Assembly: GCA_053919585.1 (NCBI GenBank)
Contig: CM132787.1
Length of the DNA: 64,000 bases
Origin: Euprymna scolopes
Lineage: Eukaryota
Strand: one strand, 5' to 3'
The translations under genes and the position numbers were made by a program. The stretch's first letter is position 1. The number at the start of each line of letters is the position of its first letter. Below the pieces are notes generated by a model, which did not search any database, was not told the origin of the DNA, and saw nothing but the letters and a program-made list of their open reading frames with translations. Below, piece after piece: positions 13,686-25,610 of this stretch.

Positions 13686-13930
13686 TTTTTGTATTTAAAA
13701 TCGCCAGTGTTTAGACCTAAAATTGGCTGAGGAGTTTGGTAAATTGTTCAAAGCTCAAATCATTTAACTTTGACCTGTGATAGCCAAATTTCTGGCCAAA
13801 AACCGATTAAAAAGATTTTTCAAAATCTCAATAACCCTTTTGTCAAATCTTGCGTGTGTAGACTAAAAATTGACAGAGTACTATGCTAAGAAAATGTACA
13901 CGCACAGATAATATTACTTTAACAGATATA
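11340..13930 (-). mobile_element. Cluster of rearranged or tandem Helitron family A modules
   Basis: Repeated modules TCAAATCAAGTTATTAAG, CCCAAAATTGGNGGAGGAGTTTG, TTGAACTTTGACCCC, CCGATTAAAAAGCTTGCCC and ACAGACACAC..TTTATAGATA ends. A CTAG end lies at about 13553. Confidence 0.7.
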
Positions 13931-13939
13931 ATAAATTGA

Positions 13940-14480
13940 TGTATTCACTATTAATCTCAAACCTAAAATTATTTGCTAATAATTTACTATTATTTTTAAA
14001 TCCAAATTATTTACTATTAATTCACTATTAATCTCAAACCCCAAGATTATTTGATATTAATTTACTATTGTTCTCAGCTCCAAACTTATTTACAAATAAT
14101 TTACTATTAAGTAAAGTTATTTGATAAAAAATTACTCTTACTCTTACATCCAACCTTATTTACTATTAATTCACTACGGATCTCAAACCCAAAATCAATT
14201 GCTATTAATTTACTATTGTTTTTAAGTCCATACTTATTTACTATTAATTCACTTTTAATCTCAAACCAAAAATTAATTGCTGCTTATTTACTATTGTTCT
14301 CAACTGAAAAACTCATTTACTATTAATTCACTCGTAATCTCAAACCCAAAACTATATGTTACTTATTTACTGGTGTTCTTAACTCCACACTTATATACGC
14401 TTAATTCACTATTAATATCAAACCCAGAATTATTTCCTATTAATTTAATATTAACCTCAAACCAAACTTATTTACTATTT
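13940..14480. repeat. AT-rich minisatellite, ~41-bp unit with dimeric higher-order structure
   Basis: TTATTTACTATTAATTCACTATTAATCTCAAACCC alternates with a variant AATTTACTATTGTT unit, about 13 units in all. Confidence 0.85.
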
Positions 14481-14539
14481 GGATTTCTGCCCGGTTTATC
14501 CCGCCCTTGCTACTGTTCATAACTTGTCCCAAGTGTGAA

Positions 14540-15247
14540 TAGACTTTATGTAAGATTTCAAATGTTTAGACCAAAATTTTTTCTGTGTAATTTTGTATAT
14601 ACCACAGGAGTCAAATGCTTTTTTATCTTTACCCCCAAATTTGCCTCCTTAACATTTTCGCCGCAAAACTGAGTAAAATGCTTGACGCCTGGCTGAATAC
14701 TCGTTATGTATAAATTTCAAATGTGTAGACAAAAATATGCTGAGTAGTTTGATAGATACAAAAAATGTAAAATCTTTGGAAATTTAACTTCTTGGCAGCT
14801 CAAATTTTCGACCCAAACCGATTAAAAAGCTTGCCCTATCTCTGAATGTCATGTATCTAAAATTAAAAATGCTCAGATCAGAAATTGGCTGAGTAATTTG
14901 GTAGAAATCACATAGATTAAATTGTTTTTGACTTTGACCCCAATGATGACCCCTTAACATTCATTTTGGGGTGCTCAAGTAAAAATAAAACGTTTCAGCC
15001 ATGTCCAGGTAACCTACATTGAACATTTTAAGTGCTTCGACCTAAAATTGGCAGAGGAGTTTGATAAGGTCTCCAAAAGTAAAAATGTTAAAATTTGACA
15101 TCTCGACAGCCAAATTTTTGACTGAAAACCTATTAAAACGATTTTCAAGAATACCAATACCCCTGATCTCAAATCATGAGTTTGTAGACCCAAAATTGTA
15201 GGCAACTGTACACAGGCACACACAGAGGCATTTTCACTTTCATAGAT
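14540..15247 (-). mobile_element. Helitron family A copy (5' part), head-to-tail with the next copy
   Basis: Same modules as other family A copies. It ends GGCATTTTCACTTTCATAGAT immediately before the CTAG of the next copy. Confidence 0.65.
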
Positions 15248-15248
15248 T

Positions 15249-17725
15249 CTAGCATGGGTGTACGGCATTTTCCGGGTGTTTGAAGGTGTAGTTTGAGCAA
15301 AAAAAAGTGGTAGTAGGAAGGCAGCCTCAAACCTGTACGGCAAAGGAGGAAAAGAACGGGGAAAATCATGACGTTTTTGCTGTTACGACTACCGCCAAAC
15401 AGTAAGTGACGTAGGTTTAAATTAAGGCTAAAGCATGACTTTCGAAAATATTGGCAAAAAGTGACCCCATTGTAGAAAAGTGGCCAGTTGAAGGTGAAGA
15501 TTTTAATCTTTTTGGCAAACATAGAACAATCTAGGTAGCATACAAATATCCGTGCATGAGGTCGCCAAGCTAATCAAGAACCTATATTCCAGTAAAGCAA
15601 CTGGCCCTGATGGCATCCCAATTATAGTGGTAAAAAGCTTCAACCAGAACTTGCTCCCATACTTACGAAACTATTTAAGCGCTGCCGTAAGGAGAAGTGC
15701 TTTCCGACTCCCTGGAAGACCTCATCAGTTTGCCCTGTGTTTAAGAATTCTCTCAGTACGGACCAATAAATCTCCTGTGTGTTATAAGTAAGTTGCTGGA
15801 ATCCATATAAAATAGAGAAACAGTCAGCCACCTCAGCAGGAATAACCTTCTTAGTGACACACAATATGGCTTCCGCTCTGCAAGATCTACCGCAGATGTG
15901 CTGACGGTTATATCCCACAGGATAAATGAATCTCTTGACAAAAGCTTCCTTTCTAAGGCAATTGCTCTTGACATATCAAAGGCCTTCGACATAGTATGGC
16001 ATAAGGGTCTACTTGATAAGATTTCCAGCTACGGTATAACTGGAAATGTTTTCTCAATCATTAAATCATTTCTCTCCGATAGGCTTATAAGAGTAGTGGG
16101 AGATGGACAAAAATCGGAGGCCTGCAATATAAATGCTGGAGTCCCTCAGGGGTCAATCCTGGGCCCAACTCTCTTCCTGATCTACATCAATGACCTCCCT
16201 AAACATATACTTAAATCATTCGTTGACATCTATGCTGATGACACGACTATCTACGGCAACACATCAAAGGCTGTAAACGACAAAATTCTCTGTGAGTTTT
16301 CTCTCGTCTGATCTCGAGAGCGTGGTTCAGTGGGGGAAGACGTTGCTGGTTACCTTTAATGCATCCAAAACCAAACTCCTATCCTTACATCATCAAGACT
16401 CTGATCCCCATTTGGCATCAATTGTGATGGATGGCTCTCGTCTGGGTGAGGCCCCGTGTTTTGACAAGCTTCTGGGTTTGACCTTTACTCCTGATCTGAA
16501 ATGGAACACGTACATCAAGTCTGTTGCCAAGGTCGCTGGAAAGATGGTGGGATCCGTCTACCGGTCCAGAAGATATCTCACTACTGATGCAATTCTCTAT
16601 CTATATAAAAGTCAAGTACATCCAAGGATGGAATACTGTTGCCATATCTGTGCAGGAGCTGCTAAAAACAGCCTATCCTGCTTTGACAGAGTAGAAAATA
16701 GACTTCGTGGCTTAGTGGGGGATGCCCTTTTCTCTACCCTGCAACCTCTTTCCAACAGAAGAGACGTTGCGAGCCTATCCTTATGTTATCTTTATTTCCG
16801 CGGCAGGTGCTCGTCTGAACTCCAATCTCTGGTCCCCCCCGGCCAATCTTTTACGAAAAACATCCGTCTAGCTGAATCCACTGTGAAAAAATTCCCCCAC
16901 TCTATATCTGTGCCTAAATCAAAACGCGGATTCTATGAACAAAGCATCGCCTGTGAACTCTGTTCCGTCTGCCTGCTTCCCACCGGACTACAACTTGAAT
17001 GTCTTCAAGTCCAATGTTAACAAATTCCTAATGAACCGCCCCCTTAAGTAAACACTTCATCAAATTTCCACACTAACGTAATGTACTTGCAATAACCCCT
17101 ATCCCTTAGTGGCTTGCGTGCCTTGATAAGTGGTGATCACTGTGTAAAAAAAGAAAAAAATTCGATTTTTGTCGTCCAAGTTGTTGACCTTCAAAACGAT
17201 ACAGATCTTGTAAAATCATTGGCATTTGCCAAAAATTTTAGGCCAACATGCGAACATACATAGATATATTTATATATTGGAAACTCATATTTTCGACCCA
17301 AACCGATTAAAAAGCTTGCCCAGTTTCTCAATACCATTTATGTAAAATTTCAAATGTTTAGTCCAAAAAATGTGTGCGTAATTTGGAAGAAACGGAAGCG
17401 GTCAATCTTTTTTTAATTTGACCCCGACTATGACTCCGTAATATCTATAGTTTTGTGCTCTAATCAAGTTATTTAGATCCATGTCCACGGAACCTCTATC
17501 TAAAATTTCAAGTGTTTAGACCAAAAATTGGTGGTTGAGATCGGCAGAGTTCTAAGAGGTCAAATCGTTGAACTTTGACACATTAACAAGCAAATATCTG
17601 GCTGAAAATCGATTAAAAAGATTTTCCCAAATCTCAATACACTGAGTATTAAATTTTAAGTCTGTAGCCTGAAATTAAAGGAATTTTTTTGAAAGACAGA
17701 CAGGCACACAGACATACACTTTCAT

Positions 17726-17730
<5 letters not shown>
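15249..17730 (-). mobile_element. Helitron family A copy interrupted by a LINE
   Basis: CTAG end at 15249-15252. The family sequence stops at about 15519 (TTTGGCAAA) and resumes at 17161 (TTCGATTTTTGTCG), contiguous relative to the copies at 18060 and 43050. Confidence 0.75.
15520..17160 (+). mobile_element. 5'-truncated CR1-group LINE (RT plus C-terminal domain), frameshifted
   Basis: KATGPDGIP, LDISKAFD.VWH, GVPQGSILGP.LF..YINDL, YADD, MEYCCHI, LQPLS.RR.VASL. A-rich tail at about 17146-17160. Confidence 0.9.
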
Positions 17731-17780
<50 letters not shown>

Positions 17781-17784
<4 letters not shown>

Positions 17785-18633
17785 CATTTCAGCCCGGCGT
17801 TGCCCGGGTGTTCTGATGTGTATGTTGAGCAAAAAAAAAAAGTGGTAGTAGGAAGGCAGGCTCGAAACCGTACCGCGAAGGAGGAAAAAACGGAGACAAA
17901 ATAATCCTGACGTCTTTGTGGTTACCACCCCGCCAAAGCTGGTGACTTCTGTTAACATAAGGGCTAGACAATTGAAAGAAGAGGATATCTTTTAAAAATA
18001 TCGGCGAAAAAAGCGCTCCCCCTGTAGCAATGTTCCTAGTTGAAGGTAAAAATATTAATGTTTTCAGCCAATATCTGGGATAATTGTCGTATGAAAGGTC
18101 AGACCTAAAAAACGATTCTGATCTTGGTAAAATCCGTAGCATCTGTCGAAAGTTTTTAGCAGCCATGCAAACATGCATCGTACATACATACATTTACATA
18201 TTGGTAACTAAATATTTTCGATTACAACCGATGAAAAAGCTTGCCCTATCACAGAATACCCTTTATGGAAAATTTAAAATGCTTAGACTAGAAAGTGCCT
18301 GAGTACATTGGTAGAGATCGCAGACTGCAGTTTTTTTTTTAATTTGACCCCTATTTTGACCCCTTTAAATTTATTGTTTGGGCTCAAATCAAGTTATTAA
18401 GTTAGATCCATGTCCAAGGAACCTATATCTAAAATTGCAATCGTTTTGACGTAAAATTGTAGAAGGTGTTTGGTACAGTTCTCAAACGTCAAAGCTTTGA
18501 AATGTGACCCCATAACAGATAAATTTATGGCCGAAAACGGATCACAAAGATTTTCCCAAATCTCAGTACCCTGCATATCAAATTTCGAGTCTGTGGACTA
18601 AAAATTGAAAGAGTTATTGCGTAGAGAAATGTA
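17781..18633 (-). mobile_element. Helitron family A copy
   Basis: 3' hairpin CCCGGGCAACGCCGGG on the minus strand followed by a degenerate CTAA end. It runs into an N gap. Confidence 0.8.
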
Positions 18634-18904
18634 NNNNNNNNNNNNNNNNNNNNNNNNNNNNNNNNNNNNNNNNNNNNNNNNNNNNNNNNNNNNNNNNNNN
18701 NNNNNNNNNNNNNNNNNNNNNNNNNNNNNNNNNNNNNNNNNNNNNNNNNNNNNNNNNNNNNNNNNNCCGTAATATGTGTGTGTATGTCTGAGTGTGTGTG
18801 TCTGGTCAGGAATAGGCTCCTATGGTTGACTATTTAAAAAAAAAAATGATTACATATAATGATAGATGTATCGAGACACAGGAATGGAGATGTTTGATCT
18901 GGCA

Positions 18905-19355
18905 GAAAAGTGGTTCATTAAAATTGTGGGGTTTGCGTTCGCGGCTATTCCACACAGTATGGAAATAAAATATTAAAAAATTAAAAAAAAAACATTTACA
19001 AGTGTTTGTCATATAGATGTACATTAGAATGTTAGAAGTATGTTTTAACTAAAATAGGGGTGGTATAATAACATTGTGGGGTCTGCGTTCGCGCCTGGCA
19101 TCCATAGAATGGAAATAAGTACAAACTTAAATAAAGACTTTTCATATCTATCCGTGTAAGTTTACTTTCATAATTGTCTTGAAGTTTGAAGAAATATGGT
19201 ATAATAACATTATGGGGTATTCGTTCGCGCCTGACCTCGATAGAATGGAAATATGTCACAAATTTTAACAGGGTTATTTAATATAGATCCACAGAATATT
19301 GTGATAAGTGTTTCAGTGTGAACAGGTACGGTATAATAAATTATGGGGTTTATCG
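18905..19355. repeat. Old tandem repeat, period about 135-150 bp, with a conserved ~55-bp core
   Basis: GGTATAATAACATTRTGGGGT..GCGTTCGCG...C.ATAGAATGGAAATA at about 18911, 19062 and 19198, and partially at 19330. Confidence 0.7.
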
Positions 19356-19515
19356 ATTTTATTTTTACTTTCATCATATTTTGCTTGTGTTTTGATACCC
19401 CCAAATTCAACCCAAATTTACAACCCTTTCTTTTTCATAACCTAGCATACTTTCATAAATGAGAGTCAATTTTCTGTAGGATGTTTTTGAACCCAGTCAA
19501 CGACGAGACCTTTTG

Positions 19516-19589
<74 letters not shown>

Positions 19590-19593
<4 letters not shown>

Positions 19594-19626
19594 CTGTCTT
19601 CCAAGATAAATATTCTGTGGAGGTGA

Positions 19627-19708
<82 letters not shown>

Positions 19709-19745
19709 TCACCTCCACAGAATATTTATCTTGGAAGACAGAAAA
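19590..19745. repeat. Perfect palindrome: 42-bp arms around a (TA)n core
   Basis: TTTTCTGTCTTCCAAGATAAATATTCTGTGGAGGTGAAACAA at 19590-19631 and its exact reverse complement at 19704-19745. Confidence 0.9.
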
Positions 19746-20490
19746 ACCTAGCATACACGGGGAAAAAAGTTTTTTTTAAACCTACTAAAGCTCCCTCTTT
19801 GTTAACATGTAACATTCTCGGTTCGAAAAATAAAAGAGTGGTGAAAGGAACTCTAGCCAAATACACTTATCCCGTCTACCTTTATTAAATTTGTTAATTT
19901 ATTTTTTTATTTATTCATTTTTTTTGCTAGATTGGTCGCGTTTTCCGGTAACTTTGATTATTGTTCTAGTCGTCACTTTGTATATTTTATCTGATATCAC
20001 TTTTTTCCCTATAAGATATTCGGCTATGCATATTTCGAAATATTTTTTATCATTGATGCCTGTTTCATTGAGACCATGTTCACATATATTTACTTGTAAA
20101 TAGCAGATAGATAGATAGATTGATAGGTAGGTAGATAGATAGATGTGTATTTATTATAAAGGTAAGTATATATAACGGTTTGATTACATTTTTAACACAC
20201 ACGCAAATATATATATATAGCTATATATATATATATATATATATATATGAATATATACATACATACATATATACATGTACATATTGTAAAACTATGTACA
20301 TATTACAGTAATACCCNNNNNNNNNNNNNNNNNNNNNNNNNNNNNNNNNNNNNNNNNNNNNNNNNNNNNNNNNNNNNNNNNNNNNNNNNNNNNNNNNNNN
20401 NNNNNNNNNNNNNNNNNNNNNNNNNNNNNNNNNNNNNNNNNNNNNNNNNNNNNNNATAGATTTTGATTGTTTCAAATATATTGAAATTAA

Positions 20491-20668
20491 TGCAAGGGAA
20501 GACCTGATTCCAAATATTTTGCATATGTCATATCGCCACTCGTTCGGAAATAGTGTACGATTATAAATATCTCCAGTATGAAATAATGATTATAAACTGT
20601 GAAATTTACTTCACGTACGAAAAGCAAAAAGTGACGATGAGAAATATTTGGAATCAATCTTCACTTGC
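20491..20668. repeat. Imperfect inverted repeat, possible MITE remnant
   Basis: GCAAGGGAAGACCTGATTCCAAATATTT pairs with AAATATTTGGAATCAATCTTCACTTGC. Confidence 0.55.
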
Positions 20669-21930
20669 TTTTATTTACGTCATATGCAATCAGAGCGGCA
20701 AGTTTTACACTCCCTTAATTATAGATATAATTTAGGGGAAATATACTATAATTTGTAATTCGTATGCTTAACTAAGAATACATATGACTATGATTGAATT
20801 ATTCGTAAAATGGCAGTGTGTTTTAACTCACGAAATATCCTTCAAAGTAACCACTGTTCGAGGATTCCGAAGTTGCCGACAACAAAGATTACAGATAAAA
20901 TTCCCGGAAACGAGTAGTTCCAAAGATAGGAATGAATAATAATTTTAAAACGTGGGAGATCCCTTTTCATATATTTATTGTACGTAACGTTTAGATGTGT
21001 TTTATCGCTTCCGATTTTGGATGGACGGTTGTTTTTTTAGGAGCTGTGTTATTATGGTAAATTCTTCCTAGTACACCAACACCAAACCTTTCCAAAAATA
21101 ATTGTATTTTTTGTTCGATTTCCGCGTGTACAAAAAACGAAAATGGCATTTAAATTTTCCGCGTATTGAAAGAATTAAATTTTTATGTTATAAGTGGTGG
21201 CAATAGTTGTATGCGCAAACGCGCATATTTATACTTGATACTCGTAAACACTTATTTCCGACAAATGTAAACGTGATATCTGTTTTCACACCCCCGAAAC
21301 CTATAGAGGTACGTTTTAAGGTAAGGTTGGTGTTGGTCTCCGAGACCACAATAGTGACAACCTCTAAAAAACCAGACCCCCTCCCCCAAAATGGTCATAA
21401 ATTGGGTTCTCATTTTTAATAAATAGAGAAAAGGTGATACCCATCTTTAAAAGAAAACTGTGCGACATTACACTAAATTTAACATAAGGCACAAAAAAAA
21501 ATATGGTTATCATTCAACGAGAATTCACTGTATTATTCTGATTTATAGTCGGCGAGATTTCGGGCTTATATACTGGCCAAAACGCGATAGAGTATATATT
21601 CATCTTTGTAGCCAAATTGACTATTGACATTTTTACATTTTTGGTTGTATGGGACTAACGTAAATGAAAAATTACAGACTGCTTGCAAATTATTGTACTA
21701 TAACCTGGGTAAAATTTTATCGCAAAGATTTAAAAGAACGTAATGTAAAAGCAAAAAAAAATATATTCCAAATTTGACTACATTTGTGTATATAATGTCC
21801 GGGCAATCAGCATCAGTTTCACTGCTTCGGTTCACACCCACTACATTGTCGGTTTTGCAGCTTCGGTTTTCTTCCCTACATTTCTCAGTTGCGCTGATTT
21901 GGTTGTCTTTGTTGTGGCTTTGCCAGATTA

Positions 21931-21997
<67 letters not shown>

Positions 21998-22010
21998 TCA
22001 TCATAGGCCC

Positions 22011-25000
22011 TTAACGTCGAGGACGACGATTGGCAAGGCGCTTCAGTCTTCTACAGTTCAGGAAGTCTGTGTATTGCTGGCAGGATCTTTTGGCACCAGA
22101 TCTTATAGCAGCTTGCCACTTTGCTCGGTTGCCGGCAGAGGTTTCCCAAGTGTTGTGAGGGATGCCGAAGACCTGGAGGTCACGTTTCAGGACATCCTTG
22201 TAGCGGAGGCGTGGCCTGCCAGCACAGCGAGGGGCATCAGCTATCTCTCCAAAGAGAAGTGCTTTTGGTAGCCGGCTGTCGTCCATGCGGCAGGTGTGGC
22301 CAGCCCAACGTAAGCGACGGATGCGCAGCACTGTGTACATGTCAGTACTCTTGGTCGTGGAGAGGATAGCTGTGTTTGGTACATGATCCTTCCATGTGAA
22401 TCCAAGAATTGTGCGCAGGCATCGGAAGTGGAAGGCGTTCAGACGGTGTTCGTGTCGGCGGTAGGTGCACCAAGTCTCACTGCCATACAGGAGAGTGCTG
22501 AGGATGCAGGCCTCGTAAACCTTGATCTTTAGGTGTAGCGAGAGGGACTTGTTCTTCCAGACTCTCTCACTAAGCCTGCCGAAAGTTGTTGATGCCTTTC
22601 CAATGCGGGAGTCCAGTTCACAATCAAGACTGTTGGTGTTATCAACTGTAGAACCCAAGTAAGTGAACTTGGTGACGTTTGACAGTACATGATTGTTTAC
22701 GGTTATTGTGGGTGAAAGCCCAGCAGGCTGGGCAAAGACCACCGTCTTGCCTAGGCTGATTTTGAGACCAAACTCCTCGCAGGCAGAAGCAAAGGAGGAG
22801 CACATTGCCTGAAGCTCAACCTCCGAGTTGGCGATGAAGGCAGCATCATCAGCGTACAGGAGTTCACGGATCTGTACGCGGTTAACCATAGTTTTTGAGC
22901 GTAGCCTGGCCAGGTTGAATAGGCCTCCAGTACTGCGAGTGTGAAGGAGCACTCCAGTTGGGTTTGGGAAGGCTCGGCGCAGAACAGCTGAGAAATATAT
23001 TCCGAACAGAGTAGGAGCTAACACGCAGCCTTGCTTGACACCACAAGAGATGGGGAACTCTTTAGAACGAGAGCCCCCAAACTGTACTGTAGCCTTCATC
23101 TGATCGTGAAATTCTTGTATGGTTTTCAGGAGTTTGGGAGGGCAGCCCAGTAGACGGAGGACTAGAAATAGCCCTGATCTGCTAACATAATCAAAGGCCT
23201 TCGTCAAGTCAACGAAAACAGCATAGAGAGGACGGCCTTGCTCAATGCATTTCTCCTGGATCTGACGAACAGAAAAGATCATGTCAGTGGTAGAGCGGCC
23301 AGGTCGAAAGCCACATTGACTCTCAGGAAGAATTCTGTTGGCAATAATCTGGAGACGTGGCAGGACTAAGCGGGCATAGATCTTTCCAGGCTGGGAAAGT
23401 AGAGATATGCCACGGTAGTTGTTGCAGTCGCAGCGAAACCCTTTGTTCTTATACAGGGTAACTATGTTGGCGTTACGAAGTTCATCGGGAATAGTACCTT
23501 CATTCCAGCAGATTGAGAAGAGATGATGGAGTTCCTCAGTTAGTGAGTCACCACCGCATCTGAAGATTTCTGAAGGTAGCCCATCCACGCCGGGGGCTTT
23601 GTTGTTCCTCAGTAGCTTGATGGTCTTGTGTACTTCATCGATGGTGATGTCATAATCTAGCTCATGGAGGACTGGTAGTTGGGGAACAGCAGCTATTATA
23701 GCAGCCTCACTAGCTGCTACAGGTTGAGCATACAGTGAGCTGTAGTGCTCCACCCAACGGTCAAGCTGATCATCAGGATTGGTGAGTAGTTCTCCGGTCA
23801 GAGATCGCAAAGGAGATGATTTCTTCACAGGAGGACCTAGAGCCTCTTTCAGAGCTTGGTACATGCCACCGGTGTTGCCGGTGGCAGAGCAGTCTTCAGC
23901 ACGCTTGGAGATGTCACTCCAATAGTTGTGTTTAGCCTCTCGAGTTAGGCGCTGCACTTTTGAGCGGCTCTGCTTCCAGAGGCTAGTAGCTTGAGGAGAG
24001 GGGTCCTGCATCACAGCCAGTCTTGCCGCTCGCTTTTCTGCTAGTGCTTGATGGAGTGTGTCCGCGTGGTGTCTGAACCAGTCCGGCTGCTTTACTGTAC
24101 GTCTACCAAAACTGGAGAGTGCGCAAACTCCAACAGTGTCACGAATCCGCAGCCAGGCAGAGGCAGCATCCTGAGGGGGTGCAGACTGGCCAAAGGTGGA
24201 TTGTATTGAAGCTTGAAAATGTTGGCATTTCTCCTTGGACTTAGTAGCAAGAACATTGAGCGTTGAAAGTGGTTTTGAGCAAGACAGGTGGATTTTCTTT
24301 GGCTTTAGTTTAAGCTTACAGCGCACAAGTGAGTGGTCTGTGTCACAGTCCGCAGAGTGCATTGTCCTGCAGTGGATGATATCCTGGAGGTGCTTCTTTT
24401 GAGTGATCACATGGTCCAGCTGGTGCCAGCGCTTAGAGCGTGGGTGTTGCCATGTCATCTTCGACCACGGTGAGCCCTTAAAGAAGGTTGATGGGATGCA
24501 CAGCCTGTGTGTAGCACAGAGTTCCAGAAGACGCTGTCCATTTTCATTCATAGAGCCCACTCCGTGAGGACCCAGGACATCAGGCCAGGCATTGGTGTTA
24601 CTGCCTACACGAGCGTTGAGATCACCCAGGATGATTATGCGGTGACCGCGGTCGATTTTGGAGAGGGTCTCACTCAGCTGGAGATAGAAAGCATCTTTCT
24701 GGTCATCCGGCGAGGTGAGGGTTGGGGCGTAGGCAGACAATAGGGACACTGGACCAGAGGTGGTGTGTAGCTGTAGTGACATTAATCTGGGAGAGATGGC
24801 GACGGGAGTTTCGACAAAGCTGAGCAGCTTGTTGCAGATGGCAAAACCCACTCCATGTTTTGGTCTCTCCAAGTCAGGGTAGCCAGTCCAGTAAAATGTG
24901 AAGTTAGCTTCACGTATGGAGCCATTTCCAGTGAGCCATGTCTCGCCTAGTGCTGAGACATCCACCCCCAACCGGAGTAATTCCAGGTCGATAACAGCAG

Positions 25001-25262
25001 ACTTCCGAGGATGAAAACTGTCAAGAGAGGAAGTCACCCCAAGGGAGCGGACATTCCAGCAGGCCAGGTGTAGTGGGGAGGCAGTAGCAGGATGTCGACC
25101 GGGGCGCGCCTGCCTAGAACGCGGGCCCTGCCGAGCAACGACAGCACCCCCGACTGCAGGGGGCTCCCGAATTGCCAGTCGCTGAGAATTTATTCTTGAC
25201 ATATCCATAGTAGTTGCCTGAAACGTCAAGCGCCGGGGCAGGGAAGTAGTGGATGAGTGCAT
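22011..25262 (-). CDS. RTE polyprotein: AP endonuclease plus reverse transcriptase (1083 aa, uninterrupted)
   Basis: APE motifs WNVRSL, GETWL, GVGF, AYAPT, GDLNARVG, TWQHPRSK.WHQLDH, TDHSLV. RT motifs KAPGVDG, NYRGISLL, QCGFRPGRST, FVDLTKAFD, GVKQGCVLAP.LF, LLYADD, FTYLGS. RTE-type C-terminus RLRWAGH..RM...R.PK, GRPRLRYKD. Confidence 0.95.
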   Translation of the reverse strand: MHSSTTSLPRRLTFQATTMDMSRINSQRLAIREPPAVGGAVVARQGPRSRQARPGRHPATASPLHLACWNVRSLGVTSSLDSFHPRKSAVIDLELLRLGVDVSALGETWLTGNGSIREANFTFYWTGYPDLERPKHGVGFAICNKLLSFVETPVAISPRLMSLQLHTTSGPVSLLSAYAPTLTSPDDQKDAFYLQLSETLSKIDRGHRIIILGDLNARVGSNTNAWPDVLGPHGVGSMNENGQRLLELCATHRLCIPSTFFKGSPWSKMTWQHPRSKRWHQLDHVITQKKHLQDIIHCRTMHSADCDTDHSLVRCKLKLKPKKIHLSCSKPLSTLNVLATKSKEKCQHFQASIQSTFGQSAPPQDAASAWLRIRDTVGVCALSSFGRRTVKQPDWFRHHADTLHQALAEKRAARLAVMQDPSPQATSLWKQSRSKVQRLTREAKHNYWSDISKRAEDCSATGNTGGMYQALKEALGPPVKKSSPLRSLTGELLTNPDDQLDRWVEHYSSLYAQPVAASEAAIIAAVPQLPVLHELDYDITIDEVHKTIKLLRNNKAPGVDGLPSEIFRCGGDSLTEELHHLFSICWNEGTIPDELRNANIVTLYKNKGFRCDCNNYRGISLLSQPGKIYARLVLPRLQIIANRILPESQCGFRPGRSTTDMIFSVRQIQEKCIEQGRPLYAVFVDLTKAFDYVSRSGLFLVLRLLGCPPKLLKTIQEFHDQMKATVQFGGSRSKEFPISCGVKQGCVLAPTLFGIYFSAVLRRAFPNPTGVLLHTRSTGGLFNLARLRSKTMVNRVQIRELLYADDAAFIANSEVELQAMCSSFASACEEFGLKISLGKTVVFAQPAGLSPTITVNNHVLSNVTKFTYLGSTVDNTNSLDCELDSRIGKASTTFGRLSERVWKNKSLSLHLKIKVYEACILSTLLYGSETWCTYRRHEHRLNAFHFRCLRTILGFTWKDHVPNTAILSTTKSTDMYTVLRIRRLRWAGHTCRMDDSRLPKALLFGEIADAPRCAGRPRLRYKDVLKRDLQVFGIPHNTWETSAGNRAKWQAAIRSGAKRSCQQYTDFLNCRRLKRLANRRPRR

Positions 25263-25610
25263 GCCCAGAACAGAACATCCACCTCTGGACCCAACATTGC
25301 GGACCCCAGCGGAGCACAGGAGTGCGACAGCTGGAGCAGTGGTAGGTTGCCCCGCAGTACCCGCTAACTGGGTGTTGATCCCTGACCGTTGATCGTTCTT
25401 GATTCATCCGCTCAGTGATCCGCCATGGGAGACCGGTGGTTGAAAAATATATCAGCTGCGCTCATACCATGACTGCCAACTCCTGCTGCCGAGATGACAT
25501 TTTGCTATTTGACCACATAGCTGGGGTCTGGATTGGTGTAAGCCAGGGCGTGTCCTCACGCCGGAGGGCCATGCACTCAACACCTCTGGGGCTCCAGACT
25601 ACTCCGAGAT

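Noticed and set aside
18905-19355. CRISPR-like repeat-spacer appearance
   Set aside because: The context is eukaryotic, the repeats are degenerate and long, the spacers are faintly related and there are no cas genes.
22121-24743. Plus-strand ORFs within the RTE, and similar antisense ORFs in the CR1 copies
   Set aside because: Shadow frames of RT coding sequence.
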